Source: Clostridia bacterium (GTDB lineage: Bacteria; Bacillota; Clostridia; Oscillospirales; Butyricicoccaceae). Taken from it: 35,195 nucleotides of DNA. The stretch spans positions 1 to 35,195 of the forward strand of contig CAAFJY010000108.1 in assembly GCA_900763355.1 (NCBI GenBank), given 5' to 3'. This document shows positions 1-8,326 of the stretch, piece by piece. The position numbers and the translations under genes were made by a program. Positions within the stretch are counted from its first letter, which is position 1, and the number at the start of each line of letters is the position of its first letter. Below the pieces are notes generated by a model. The model saw only the letters and a program-made list of their open reading frames with translations, had not been told where the DNA came from and did not search any database.

Positions 1-120
1 AGAGGAGGGGGCTCCCCCTTGCTTCCCTTTCGTTCTAATGATAATATAAATCTGAGAGAATGACAAGTGCAGCCAGATAGGAAACGCACGATTTTTGTGA
101 TTTTTTGGGAGGATGCAAGC

Positions 121-1212
121 ATGAACTACCAGCGCGTTTACAACTTTTCCGCCGGTCCGGCCATGATGCCGGAGGCTGTTCTGGAGGAGATCCGGGACGA
201 GATGATGAACTACCGGGGCACCGGCATGTGCGTCATGGAGATGAGCCACCGCTCCAAGCCCTTTATGCAGATCGCCCAGGAGGCCGAGCAGGATCTCCGG
301 GATCTGATGGGGATCCCCGACAACTACAAGGTGCTCTTTGTCCAGGGCGGCGGCACGCTGCAGTTCGCCATGGTGGCCATGAACCTGATGAAAAACGGCA
401 AGGCTGTCTATGTGGACACCGGCGCCTGGTCCAACAAGGCCATCAAGGAGGCCAAGAAATACGGTGAGGTCATCGTGGCCGCTTCCTCCAAGGACAAGAA
501 TTATACCTATGTCCCCGACTGCTCCAACCTGGACATCCCCGAGGACGCGGACTATGTTTATATCTGTGAAAACGAGACCATCCACGGCGTCACCTGGAAC
601 AAGCTGCCCAATACCCGCGGCCATGTCCTGGTCTCCGACCAGAGCTCCATGTTCCTGTCCCGCCCCTGCAATGTCTCTGACTACGGCCTCATCTGGGCCG
701 GTGTCCAGAAAAACGTGGGCCCCGCCGGGATGGCCATCGTCATCGTGCGGGAGGATCTTCTCCGGGACGATCTCGATCCCAAGGTCCCCGTCTACATGAA
801 CTACAAGATCCATGCCGACAACGACAGCATGTACAACACCCCCAACTGCTGGGCCATCTACTGCTGCGGCAAGGTCTTCAAGTACCTGAAGAAGATGGGC
901 GGGCTGGAGGCCATGGCTCAGCGCAACGAGGAGAAGGCCAAGGTCCTCTATGACTTCCTGGATCAGTCCAAGCTCTTCACCGCCACCGTCCGCAAGGAAG
1001 ACCGCAGCCTGATGAACGTGCCCTTCGTCACCCCCTCTGCCGAGGAGGACGCTGCCGTGGTCGCCGCCACCAAGGCCGCCGGGTTCGACAACCTGAAGGG
1101 CCACCGCTCTGTGGGCGGCCTGCGCGCTTCCATCTACAACGCCATGCCCAAAGAGGGCGTGGAGGCCCTGGTGGACTTCCTCCGGGACTACGAGGCCAAG
1201 CACGGCTGCTGA
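121..1212 (+). CDS. serC: Phosphoserine aminotransferase (SerC)
   Basis: ORF 67..1212 trimmed to the ATG at 121, which is preceded by GGGAGGA (107-113). The product starts MNYQRVYNFSAGPAMMPEAVLEEI and reads as a class-V aminotransferase of SerC type over its full ~363 aa. It is followed directly by a serA-like gene. Confidence 0.93.
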   Translation: MNYQRVYNFSAGPAMMPEAVLEEIRDEMMNYRGTGMCVMEMSHRSKPFMQIAQEAEQDLRDLMGIPDNYKVLFVQGGGTLQFAMVAMNLMKNGKAVYVDTGAWSNKAIKEAKKYGEVIVAASSKDKNYTYVPDCSNLDIPEDADYVYICENETIHGVTWNKLPNTRGHVLVSDQSSMFLSRPCNVSDYGLIWAGVQKNVGPAGMAIVIVREDLLRDDLDPKVPVYMNYKIHADNDSMYNTPNCWAIYCCGKVFKYLKKMGGLEAMAQRNEEKAKVLYDFLDQSKLFTATVRKEDRSLMNVPFVTPSAEEDAAVVAATKAAGFDNLKGHRSVGGLRASIYNAMPKEGVEALVDFLRDYEAKHGC

Positions 1213-1252
1213 GCCAGGATCATCTGAAATCAGGAAAGGACGAGAGTCTGTT

Positions 1253-2164
1253 ATGAATCGTATCTTAGTCACCGACGGCATGGACAAGGCCGCCATGGAG
1301 ACCCTGCGCCAGGCGGGGTTCGAGGTCATCGAACAGTTTTATGAGCCCGATGCGCTGGGCGCGGCGCTGCGGGAAGTGGACGCGGTCATCATCCGCTCGG
1401 CCACCAAGATCAAGCAGCCCCAGATCGACGCGGCCCGGGGCGGCCGCCTCAAGCTGATCATCCGCGCCGGTGTGGGTATGGACAACATCGACATCCCCTA
1501 TGCCGAGGCCGCGGGCATCGCCTGCCGCAACACGCCCTGCGCCTCTTCCAACGCCGTGGCCGAGCTGGCCATCGCCCTGCTCTTCTCCTGCGCCCGGTAT
1601 ATTTCCGTGGCCGGCCACACCATGCGGGAGGAAAAGTGGGAGAAGAAGGCCTATTCCAAGGGCTTTGAGCTCTCCGGCAAGACCGCCGGCATCTTCGGCT
1701 ATGGCCGCATCGGCCGCCTGGTGGGCGAAAAGTGCCAGGCTCTGGGCATGAATGTCCTGTCCACCGTCCACCGCAAAAAGCCCGAGGGCTGCGAAGGCGA
1801 GCACATGCACTTCGTCTCCCGGGACGAGATGCTGGTCCAGTCCGACATCATCATCCTCTGCGCTCCCGGCGGCGACAAGCCCCTGGTGGACGGCGAGAGC
1901 CTGAGCAAGATGAAGGACGGCGTGGTCATCGTCAACGTCTCCCGCGGGAGCAACGTGGACGAGCAGGCTCTGCTGGATGCCCTCAACAGCGGCAAGGTCC
2001 AGGCCGCCGGTCTGGACGTGTGGCTGAGCGAAAAGGAGCCCAACTGGGCCCTGGCCGGTCATCCTGCCGTCAGCGGCACCCCCCACATCGGCGCCGGTAC
2101 CAAGGAAGCCCAGAAGCGCATCGGCGGCGAGATCGTGGAGATCGTCACTCACTTCGCGTTTTAA
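1253..2164 (+). CDS. serA: D-3-phosphoglycerate dehydrogenase-like D-2-hydroxyacid dehydrogenase, short form without ACT domain
   Basis: NAD-binding GxGxxG motif GIFGYGRIGRLVG. D-isomer-specific dehydrogenase catalytic-type residues are present (VSRGSNVDE, TPHIGAGT). The protein is 303 aa, so there is no C-terminal regulatory domain. Its position lies between serC and DUF1015. Confidence 0.85.
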   Translation: MNRILVTDGMDKAAMETLRQAGFEVIEQFYEPDALGAALREVDAVIIRSATKIKQPQIDAARGGRLKLIIRAGVGMDNIDIPYAEAAGIACRNTPCASSNAVAELAIALLFSCARYISVAGHTMREEKWEKKAYSKGFELSGKTAGIFGYGRIGRLVGEKCQALGMNVLSTVHRKKPEGCEGEHMHFVSRDEMLVQSDIIILCAPGGDKPLVDGESLSKMKDGVVIVNVSRGSNVDEQALLDALNSGKVQAAGLDVWLSEKEPNWALAGHPAVSGTPHIGAGTKEAQKRIGGEIVEIVTHFAF

Positions 2165-2247
2165 CGGAAAAAATGGCGCGGCAGGGCGGATGAAACCGCT
2201 CTGCCGTGCTTCTGTTTCTCAAATCTCACAGAAAGAGGGGAAAACCC

Positions 2248-3495
2248 ATGAACAACAACGTATTTCTGCCCGCAGACATCCTCCTGCCCAAAGACGCCGA
2301 CATGAGCAAGTGGGCCGTCATCGCCTGCGATCAGTTCACCTCGGACCAGGAATACTGGAACCGGGTCCGCAAGACCGCCGAGGGGGCCGTCTCCACCATC
2401 AACCTCATCCTGCCGGAGGCCGAGCTGGGCACCGAGCGGGAAGCCGCCCACACCGCCCTCATCAACAAGACCATGAAGGAATATCTGGACCAGGGCGTGT
2501 TCGAGACCTATGAAAACAGCCTGATCTATGTGGAGCGCACCCTGGAAAACGGGTCCGTCCGTCCCGGTCTGGTGGGTATGGTGGATCTGGAGGCCTATGA
2601 CTACAACGCCGGGGCCACCTCCCCCATCCGCGCTACCGAGCGCACCGTCACCGAGCGCATCCCGCCTCGTCAGCGGGTCCGCCGGGACGCTCCCATCGAG
2701 CTGCCCCACATCCTTCTTCTGTGCGACGACCACGAAAAGGTCCTCATCGAGCCCATCGCCGCCAAGAAGGACGGGATGAAGAAGCTCTATGACTTCGATC
2801 TCATGGAGCAGGGCGGCCACATCACCGGCTGGCTGGTCCCCGCGGCAGAGGTGGAAGCCTTCAACGCCCGCCTGACCGAATACGCTGCCAACGTGGGCAA
2901 GAAGTACGAGGGTCTCAAGGGCACCCCCGTGGTCTTTGCCGTGGGCGACGGCAACCACTCCCTGGCCACCGCCAAGAGCTGCTATGAGGAGCTCAAGAAG
3001 AACCACCCCGGCGAGGATCTTTCCCACCATCCCGCCCGCTATGCCCTGGTGGAGCTGGAAAACATCCACGACCCCGCCCAGGCCTTTGAGCCCATCCATC
3101 GGGTCATCTTCCACACCGACCCCGAGGCGCTGCTGAAAGCGGTGGAGGACAACATCTGCGCCGAGGGCGGCTACCCTGTCCGCTGGTTCATCGGGGATAA
3201 GTCCGGGACAGTGTATCTGGACCGCAGCAAGAGCGAGCTGGCCGTGGGCGTTCTTCAGGCCTTCCTGGACAGCTATCTCAAGGAACACGCCGGCGAGATC
3301 GACTACATCCACGACGACGACGCCCTCATCGCCCTGGCCGCCAAGGACAAGGCCATCGGCTTTTTGGTCCCCGGGATGGAGAAGAGCCAGCTCTTCCGCG
3401 GCGTGGTGTCCGACGGCGTTCTCCCCCGCAAGACCTTCTCCATGGGCCACAGCCGGGAAAAGCGCTATTATCTGGAGAGCCGCAAGATCAAATAA
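2248..3495 (+). CDS. DUF1015 family protein (function unknown)
   Basis: ORF 2206..3495 trimmed to the ATG at 2248 behind AGAGGGG. The product starts MNNNVFLPADILLPKDADMSKWAVIACDQFTS, which I recognise as DUF1015-like. It lies immediately downstream of serC and serA. Confidence 0.75.
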   Translation: MNNNVFLPADILLPKDADMSKWAVIACDQFTSDQEYWNRVRKTAEGAVSTINLILPEAELGTEREAAHTALINKTMKEYLDQGVFETYENSLIYVERTLENGSVRPGLVGMVDLEAYDYNAGATSPIRATERTVTERIPPRQRVRRDAPIELPHILLLCDDHEKVLIEPIAAKKDGMKKLYDFDLMEQGGHITGWLVPAAEVEAFNARLTEYAANVGKKYEGLKGTPVVFAVGDGNHSLATAKSCYEELKKNHPGEDLSHHPARYALVELENIHDPAQAFEPIHRVIFHTDPEALLKAVEDNICAEGGYPVRWFIGDKSGTVYLDRSKSELAVGVLQAFLDSYLKEHAGEIDYIHDDDALIALAAKDKAIGFLVPGMEKSQLFRGVVSDGVLPRKTFSMGHSREKRYYLESRKIK

Positions 3496-3510
3496 AAATA
3501 AAGAATTCTC

Positions 3511-3540
3511 AAAAAAGCCGCCCGAAAGGGCGGCTTTTTA
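3511..3540. terminator. Rho-independent terminator hairpin after the DUF1015 gene (A-run / GC stem / T-run, looks bidirectional)
   Basis: The sequence is aaaaaAGCCGCCCgaaaGGGCGGCTtttt. It forms an 8-bp GC stem (3516-3523 / 3528-3535) with a GAAA loop and a following T-run. Confidence 0.85.
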
Positions 3541-3658
3541 CGGCCCTTCTGGGCCGCGCCGCGAGTGCGGCGTGGGGCGCAGGGAGCTTGTGTGTCAAGC
3601 GACCGGAGTCTATTGAATAAAAAGGGGCCCCCACAAAAACGCTGTTTTTGTGGAGAAG

Positions 3659-3686
3659 AAAAGCCGCCCGAAAGGGCGGCTTTTTT
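3659..3686 (-). terminator. Rho-independent terminator for the minus-strand operon ending at 3693 (exact copy of the 3513-3539 hairpin)
   Basis: The AGCCGCCC gaaa GGGCGGCT stem-loop (3662-3681) is flanked by an A-run and a T-run. It lies 7 nt beyond the stop codon of CDS 3693..5345 on the minus strand. Confidence 0.8.
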
Positions 3687-3692
3687 ATCATT

Positions 3693-5345
3693 TTACTGCC
3701 ACGAGAGCTCAATGCCCCGCATATCGTCCAGATAGATGGCGGGGAAATCCTCCGCGGCGAAGGGCTGGACCAGGTCGCAGCCATAGCGCCGGGTGAAGGC
3801 CAGGCCGGTCTCGTTGAGGACGGCGACCTCCATCACCGGATCCTCGCTCTGGTCAGTGACTTCCATGGAATACCACCGGCCCTGGGCCACGGCCAGGGTC
3901 CGGGTCTCCCCGTTCCAGGCGATATTGGGATCGTACAGTCGGATCGGGTAACTATAGTCGTGCAGGTTATACAGCGAGGGGCTCTCCTGCGCGGAGAGGG
4001 TGAGGGCCAGGGCGGGGGCATAGAGCCCGTTTGCCCCCCGGTCCAGGACGGTGACATAGCGTCCCCCGTCCGCCGGGGCCCATTCCGTGACGCCGTCCAC
4101 CGCTTCCCCGCCCCAGCTCTGGGAGAAGAAGACCATGGCCCCGCCGGAGAGGATGGGCTCGATGTTGTCGGGGGTCTCGTCAAAGAGGGGGATCACCTGG
4201 AGCAGCGTCCCGGTGTTGTCAAAGAGGAGCACCCGGCCGCCGGTCTCCTCCCCCGCCCGGCTCTGGGTGAGGACCAGGCGCTGCCCGTCTTCGATATAGG
4301 TGAGGGCGCGGCTCTCCCACCCGGGCTCGCTCTCCCAGCAGAGGACGGGCTCCCCGGCCTTCAGGGTCTTGACCCGGTAGCTGCCGGTGGAAAAGGATTC
4401 GTCGCCTTCCCCCAGGGTATAGTCGATGCGGTAGAGCCCCGGGGCCGCCCCGGAGGAAAAGGGCAGCCGGGTCCCGTCTTCGCTGTCGGCCTCCGCTGCC
4501 AGCCAGAGGGTGTGGTTGTCGGCGATGGAGCAGGCCATGACGTTTGTGGCCGCCCCGGGCAAGCGCGTCCCGCTCTCCAGGCGGGCTCGCAGTTCGCCGG
4601 GGATGGTGCTCCCGTCCTCTGCCAACCAGGAAGCCGGGTCTCCGGACACCAGGTCATAGTCCACCGAGCAGGGGGCGCCCACGCCGTTGAGCTCCACCTT
4701 CACCCGGGCCCAGGCCCCCGCGGGGAGAGCCAGGGAGAACATCCCGGAAAGGGTCCCGTAAAGGTCCGCCACCCGGTTTTCGTCCCGGTCAAAGTCATAG
4801 CTTTCGTGGACCCACAGGTCCCCCAGATCCAGCCCCAGGGTCATGGGCAGCGCGTCGTAATAGTCCGCCAGCGGGAAATAGCGCACCACGGTGTCCCCCG
4901 GGGCGGCGTCCTTCGCCGCTTCCTCCACCAGGGGCCAGATGATGCCCAAAAAGGAGGAGGACGTCAGCTGATCTTTGGTAAAGCTGGTGTTGGTGGCCGA
5001 GCCGAAGCTGGACAGCAGGGGATAGCTCAGTTCCAGCCCGGAGGAATAGGGCGAGGGCTCGCTGGGATAGGCCCGGCCCCCGGCCTCGTAGCGGAGGGCG
5101 GTCTCGGCATCCACATTTTCCGCCGGGCGGCCGGAGACGTCCCAGCCCAGCTCGCCGTTGGTGCTGCCCAGGATCATCCCCAGGGAAAAGCGCAGCCCCC
5201 GGGCGGCTTCCGGGTCGCCGCTCTCCCCGGTGGAATAAAACCGGGGATGATCCTCCCGGGCGGAGAGGACGATCTGCCCTCCCGCCAGGGCTCCCGCCCC
5301 CAGGAGCGTCAGGGCCAGGCACAGGGCGAGACATTTTTTCAGCAT
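3693..5345 (-). CDS. Secreted hypothetical protein (550 aa), last gene of the GntR/ABC operon
   Basis: N-terminal signal peptide MLKKCLALCLALTLLGAGALAGG. A GGAGGAG RBS lies upstream of the ATG at 5345. The amino-acid composition is balanced. I recognise no family. Confidence 0.7.
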   Translation of the reverse strand: MLKKCLALCLALTLLGAGALAGGQIVLSAREDHPRFYSTGESGDPEAARGLRFSLGMILGSTNGELGWDVSGRPAENVDAETALRYEAGGRAYPSEPSPYSSGLELSYPLLSSFGSATNTSFTKDQLTSSSFLGIIWPLVEEAAKDAAPGDTVVRYFPLADYYDALPMTLGLDLGDLWVHESYDFDRDENRVADLYGTLSGMFSLALPAGAWARVKVELNGVGAPCSVDYDLVSGDPASWLAEDGSTIPGELRARLESGTRLPGAATNVMACSIADNHTLWLAAEADSEDGTRLPFSSGAAPGLYRIDYTLGEGDESFSTGSYRVKTLKAGEPVLCWESEPGWESRALTYIEDGQRLVLTQSRAGEETGGRVLLFDNTGTLLQVIPLFDETPDNIEPILSGGAMVFFSQSWGGEAVDGVTEWAPADGGRYVTVLDRGANGLYAPALALTLSAQESPSLYNLHDYSYPIRLYDPNIAWNGETRTLAVAQGRWYSMEVTDQSEDPVMEVAVLNETGLAFTRRYGCDLVQPFAAEDFPAIYLDDMRGIELSWQ

Positions 5346-5348
5346 GGC

Positions 5349-6083
5349 TCAGCCCTCCTCCCCGTCCAGGGCGTCCAGGGCCCGGGCCACCCGGTCGGGG
5401 CGGTAGTTGTAGGTCTCCCGCACATAGTCCATGAGGGTGCGGCCCTGGGTCTCCAGGGCTTCGGCCTGCACATCCCCCAGCACCCGGCCGTGGTGCAGCA
5501 GCACCGCCCGGCTGAGGAAGCCGGAGACCTCCTCGATCAGGTGGGTGGATAACAAAATGGTCTCCCGGGGCTCCAAAAGCCCCACCAGGACCTTGTAAAA
5601 ATCCTCCCGGTTAAAGATGTCGTTGCCGGCAAAGGGCTCGTCCATGAGGATATAATCCGCCCCCTGGCACAGAGCCAGGATGACCTCGAACTGGTTGCGC
5701 TGGCCGGTGGAAAAGCTCCGCAGCGCCTTGTGCCGGGGGAGAGCAAAAAAGTCCATGAGGGTCTCGAACCGCTTGCCGTCAAAGCGGGGGAAATGCTGGG
5801 CATAGAACTCCCGGTGGCCCGTGGGGCTGAGAGCCGGGAAAAAGGAATGCTCGCTGGTGGCGAAGGACAGGCGGTCGATGGTCTTCCGGGTGATGGGCGC
5901 GCCGTCCAGGGTGATGGTCCCGCGGACGGGGATCAGGCCCAGGATGGCCTTGAGCAGGGTGGTCTTGCCCGCGCCGTTTTCGCCGAAGAGACCCACGATC
6001 TCCCCCTGGGGGAGGGTGAGGGAAACGTCGTCCAGGGCCCGGGTGGAGCCATAGGTTTTTGTGAGATGTTCCAGCTGGATCAT
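5349..6083 (-). CDS. ABC transporter ATP-binding protein
   Basis: ORF 5349..6317 trimmed to MIQLEHLTKTYG (ATG at 6083-6081). Walker A is GENGAGKTT, the signature-like motif is FSTGQRNQ, and Walker B is ILMDEPFAG. The start forms an ATGA overlap with the stop of the upstream gene. Confidence 0.88.
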   Translation of the reverse strand: MIQLEHLTKTYGSTRALDDVSLTLPQGEIVGLFGENGAGKTTLLKAILGLIPVRGTITLDGAPITRKTIDRLSFATSEHSFFPALSPTGHREFYAQHFPRFDGKRFETLMDFFALPRHKALRSFSTGQRNQFEVILALCQGADYILMDEPFAGNDIFNREDFYKVLVGLLEPRETILLSTHLIEEVSGFLSRAVLLHHGRVLGDVQAEALETQGRTLMDYVRETYNYRPDRVARALDALDGEEG

Positions 6084-6643
6084 AGCAGCACACTCCAAAT
6101 CATGGTCTGGGGCGCGGCGGGGAGGGTCCCCGCCGGCGCCGTCTTGAGATAGATGACAAAATAGATCAGGGCCAGCAGGCTCCGCAGCACCAGCGCGCCC
6201 GCCGCCAGGAGGAGGGGCACCGTCAGGCACTGCCGGGACAGGAGCCCCCGCTGGGGGAGGCGGCGCATGAGATAGTCCGCCCGGCTCCCGCCCATCCGGT
6301 AGGAGAGGAAATACCACACCGCCAGCCCCGCCGCCGCCAGGGGCAGCAGGCTCAGGGGGGCGAGACAGGCCCCCATCACCTGGTCAAAAAAGGGCATCAT
6401 CGCCCCGGGGCGGAGCAGATCGGTGGGCCGGCCCATATCGTCGGGGTAAAAGAGTCCCGCCCGGGCCGTGCGCAGCCGGGCCAGGAACCAGAGGGAAAAG
6501 ACCGCGCCGAGGGCCATGGCCGCGAAAAACAGGGTCAGCTGGTCCTTCAGTCCCGTCCCCGGCGGGGCCAGGGGGGCCAGACGGTCATGCAGCCGCTTCC
6601 GGCCGGTCTTCTTCGGCGGGTGGGTCGAAGCGCTCGCTTTCAT
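6080..6643 (-). CDS. Integral membrane protein (hypothetical), operon partner of the ABC ATPase
   Basis: A basic N-terminus (KKTGRKRLHDR) is followed by about 4 hydrophobic segments. The start is uncertain: 6643 overlaps the upstream gene by 59 nt, and an internal Met at about 6517 is the alternative. Confidence 0.55.
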   Translation of the reverse strand: MKASASTHPPKKTGRKRLHDRLAPLAPPGTGLKDQLTLFFAAMALGAVFSLWFLARLRTARAGLFYPDDMGRPTDLLRPGAMMPFFDQVMGACLAPLSLLPLAAAGLAVWYFLSYRMGGSRADYLMRRLPQRGLLSRQCLTVPLLLAAGALVLRSLLALIYFVIYLKTAPAGTLPAAPQTMIWSVLL

Positions 6644-7409
6644 CGTCGGACACCCCCTTTCCCAGGAAGAAATAGCCGTAGTAGAGGATGCTCAGCACCC
6701 CGGTGAAGATCATGGCCGCGTCCAGCACATCCATCCCCATCCCGGAGGAAAATCCCCCGCAGGTGAGTGCCGCCAGAAACAGCGGCCCCACCGCCAGCTT
6801 GCCCTGGCGCTGCCGCCGGGGGAAGGCCGCCGTGGCCAGGCTCAGGGACAGGAGCATCAGCAGGTTCCGCACCCAGAGAGGCCATTCCGCCAGGGGGAGC
6901 AGGCCGTGGAGCAGCCCGTCCCGCCAAAAGGCCAGGGGGATGGTCAGGGCGTTGGCCCCCGGCTGTCCCGCGCACCACCGGGCGCACAAAAGCCAGAAGA
7001 GCGCTGTCTCAAAGCCCCAGAGAGCCAGATAGCACGCCCCGTTGTACAGAGCCTGGAGCAGCCCCTGGGCCCGGGACGAGACCCGCAGCCGGTCCAGGGT
7101 ATAGCCGCAGCGGCTGCCAAAGGCGCAGCCGGTCCGGCACAGCACCGCCGTCACCAGCAAAAAGGCCGGGAGCAGCGCCCACCGGGCCCCGCTGACCTGG
7201 AGGATGGTCTCCAGCCCCGGGTCGGCCCCATAGAGCCAGTCCTCTGTGCCGTCGGGCTGGACCACATAGGCATAGGCCACCGGAGCGGCCTGCTGCGTCC
7301 CCCGGTAAAAGAGCGCCGCCTGTACGCCCCCCAGGAGCAAAAGGATGACCAGCAGCCACAGTGCGCTCTGCCGGGCATAGAGCATCAGGAGAGAGCCGTA
7401 TTTCTTCAT
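6585..7409 (-). CDS. Integral membrane protein (hypothetical, multi-pass)
   Basis: ORF 6585..7427 trimmed to MKKYGSLLMLYARQSALWLLVILLLL (ATG at 7409-7407). This start forms an ATGA overlap with the GntR stop (7406-7408). There are several hydrophobic helices. Confidence 0.6.
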   Translation of the reverse strand: MKKYGSLLMLYARQSALWLLVILLLLGGVQAALFYRGTQQAAPVAYAYVVQPDGTEDWLYGADPGLETILQVSGARWALLPAFLLVTAVLCRTGCAFGSRCGYTLDRLRVSSRAQGLLQALYNGACYLALWGFETALFWLLCARWCAGQPGANALTIPLAFWRDGLLHGLLPLAEWPLWVRNLLMLLSLSLATAAFPRRQRQGKLAVGPLFLAALTCGGFSSGMGMDVLDAAMIFTGVLSILYYGYFFLGKGVSDDESERFDPPAEEDRPEAAA

Positions 7410-7795
7410 TCTTCCACCTCGTTCCAATATCGGTCCAACAGAGCGTGGGCCTGGTCCAATGTCAGCCCCAGGGAGCGCAGCGACTGAACGGCGGACCGGG
7501 CGTCCTCTGCCAGAAGCTGGGCCCGGATGCGCTCCATGGCCCCATCCTCCAGCACCATGACGCTTTTTGCCCCCGGGTGGGAGCGCATGAGGCCGGTCTC
7601 CTCCAGCAGGCGATAGGCCTTCTGCACGGTGTTGGGATTGACGGCCAGCCGGGCGGACAGCACCCGGCGGGAGGGGAGCTCGTCCCCGTCCCGGATGCGG
7701 CCCGCCGCCGCCTCCCGCTGGAGATAGGAGACGATCTGAAGATAAATGGGCGCCCCTTCCCGCAGGACAAAGGCGTCAAAGGAGATCATGGGCAT
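7406..7795 (-). CDS. GntR-family transcriptional regulator, short YtrA-like subtype
   Basis: ORF 7406..7993 trimmed to MPMISFDAFVLREGAPIYLQIVSYL (ATG at 7795-7793) behind AAGGGGG. The winged-HTH stretch is LPSRRVLSARLAVNPNTVQKAYRLLEETGL. The ~129-aa size and the linked ABC ATPase are typical of the YtrA subfamily. Confidence 0.85.
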   Translation of the reverse strand: MPMISFDAFVLREGAPIYLQIVSYLQREAAAGRIRDGDELPSRRVLSARLAVNPNTVQKAYRLLEETGLMRSHPGAKSVMVLEDGAMERIRAQLLAEDARSAVQSLRSLGLTLDQAHALLDRYWNEVEE

Positions 7796-7813
7796 CCCGC
7801 CCCCTTTCCGCAA

Positions 7814-7866
7814 AACTGTGTTAGCCGAATAATACGGTTTGGCTGTATTATACGAGTAACACAGTT
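7814..7866. promoter_or_regulatory. 53-bp imperfect palindrome overlapping the -10 box; candidate YtrA-type operator
   Basis: The arms AACTGTGTTAgccgAATAATACgg and ctGTATTATAcgagTAACACAGTT match at 20 of 24 positions when one is reverse-complemented. They are separated by 5 nt. Confidence 0.6.
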
Positions 7867-7875
7867 GCCTGTCAA
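7847..7875 (-). promoter_or_regulatory. Sigma-70-type promoter of the GntR operon (TTGACA-17 nt-TATAAT)
   Basis: Read on the minus strand: TTGACA (plus-strand 7870-7875), a 17-nt spacer, then TATAAT (plus-strand 7847-7852). It lies ~50 nt upstream of the GntR start. Both hexamers match consensus exactly. Confidence 0.75.
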
Positions 7876-7937
7876 GGGCTTTTGGGAAAAATATTTTTCG
7901 CCCCCCGGGGCAGGGAGGCAAAATCCGCGGAAAGGGG

Positions 7938-7966
7938 TTGCGCGGGGAGCGGGAATGTAGTATACT
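7938..7966 (+). promoter_or_regulatory. Candidate promoter for the riboswitch-led giant gene (TTGCGC-17 nt-TATACT)
   Basis: TTGCGC at 7938-7943, a 17-nt spacer, then TATACT at 7961-7966. It is divergent from the GntR promoter and lies ~45 nt upstream of the riboswitch core. Confidence 0.4.
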
Positions 7967-8009
7967 TAGTCCGTCAAAAACTGAACAGGGCATGATCCGT
8001 CATCGGCGT

Positions 8010-8200
8010 CCGTTGAAAAGCGGGCGCTCAAAAGGAATCCGGTGAGAATCCGGAGCTTAGTTCCGTTAGCTGTATGTATTGGAGCCCGCATCCCGCGGCG
8101 AAAGCCGGCCATTGTGCCCCTCTGGGCGCGAGAAGGTGGGGGTGCGTGCGCGGAGAAGGATTTCTCCATAGGATACGAGCCAGAAGACTTGGTGGTGGGG
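8010..8200 (+). promoter_or_regulatory. Cobalamin riboswitch aptamer (long form with peripheral extension)
   Basis: Core sequence AAAAGGAATCCGGTGAGAATCCGGAGC..TTCCGTTAGCTGTA at 8030-8074. Extension elements are GCCATTG (8109-8115) and GCGAGAAGG (8128-8136). A B12-box-like GAGCCAGAAGACTTGG lies at 8177-8192. The order and spacing match my memory of the Rfam Cobalamin consensus. The boundaries are approximate. Confidence 0.8.
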
Positions 8201-8292
8201 CAGAAACCGCATTTTCCGGGCAGTTTTCCGGCCATGCGGTGCGCGCGGAGAGCGATCATGCACCAAAACACAGAGAACGCGGAAAAAACACG

Positions 8293-8326
8293 GCTGCGGC
8301 GAGAGTGATCTCGCCGCAGCTTTTTG
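8293..8326 (+). terminator. Intrinsic terminator (expression platform of riboswitch 1)
   Basis: GCTGCGGCGAGA gtga TCTCGCCGCAGC forms a perfect 12-bp stem (8293-8304 / 8309-8320), followed by TTTTTGTTTT. It lies 58 nt upstream of the ATG at 8384. Confidence 0.85.

Noticed and set aside
1-40. GGGGGCTCCCCC mini-palindrome at the left edge as a terminator of an upstream gene.
   Set aside because: The stem is only ~5 bp with almost no loop, there is no clear T-run, and the element is truncated by the window edge. The evidence is insufficient.
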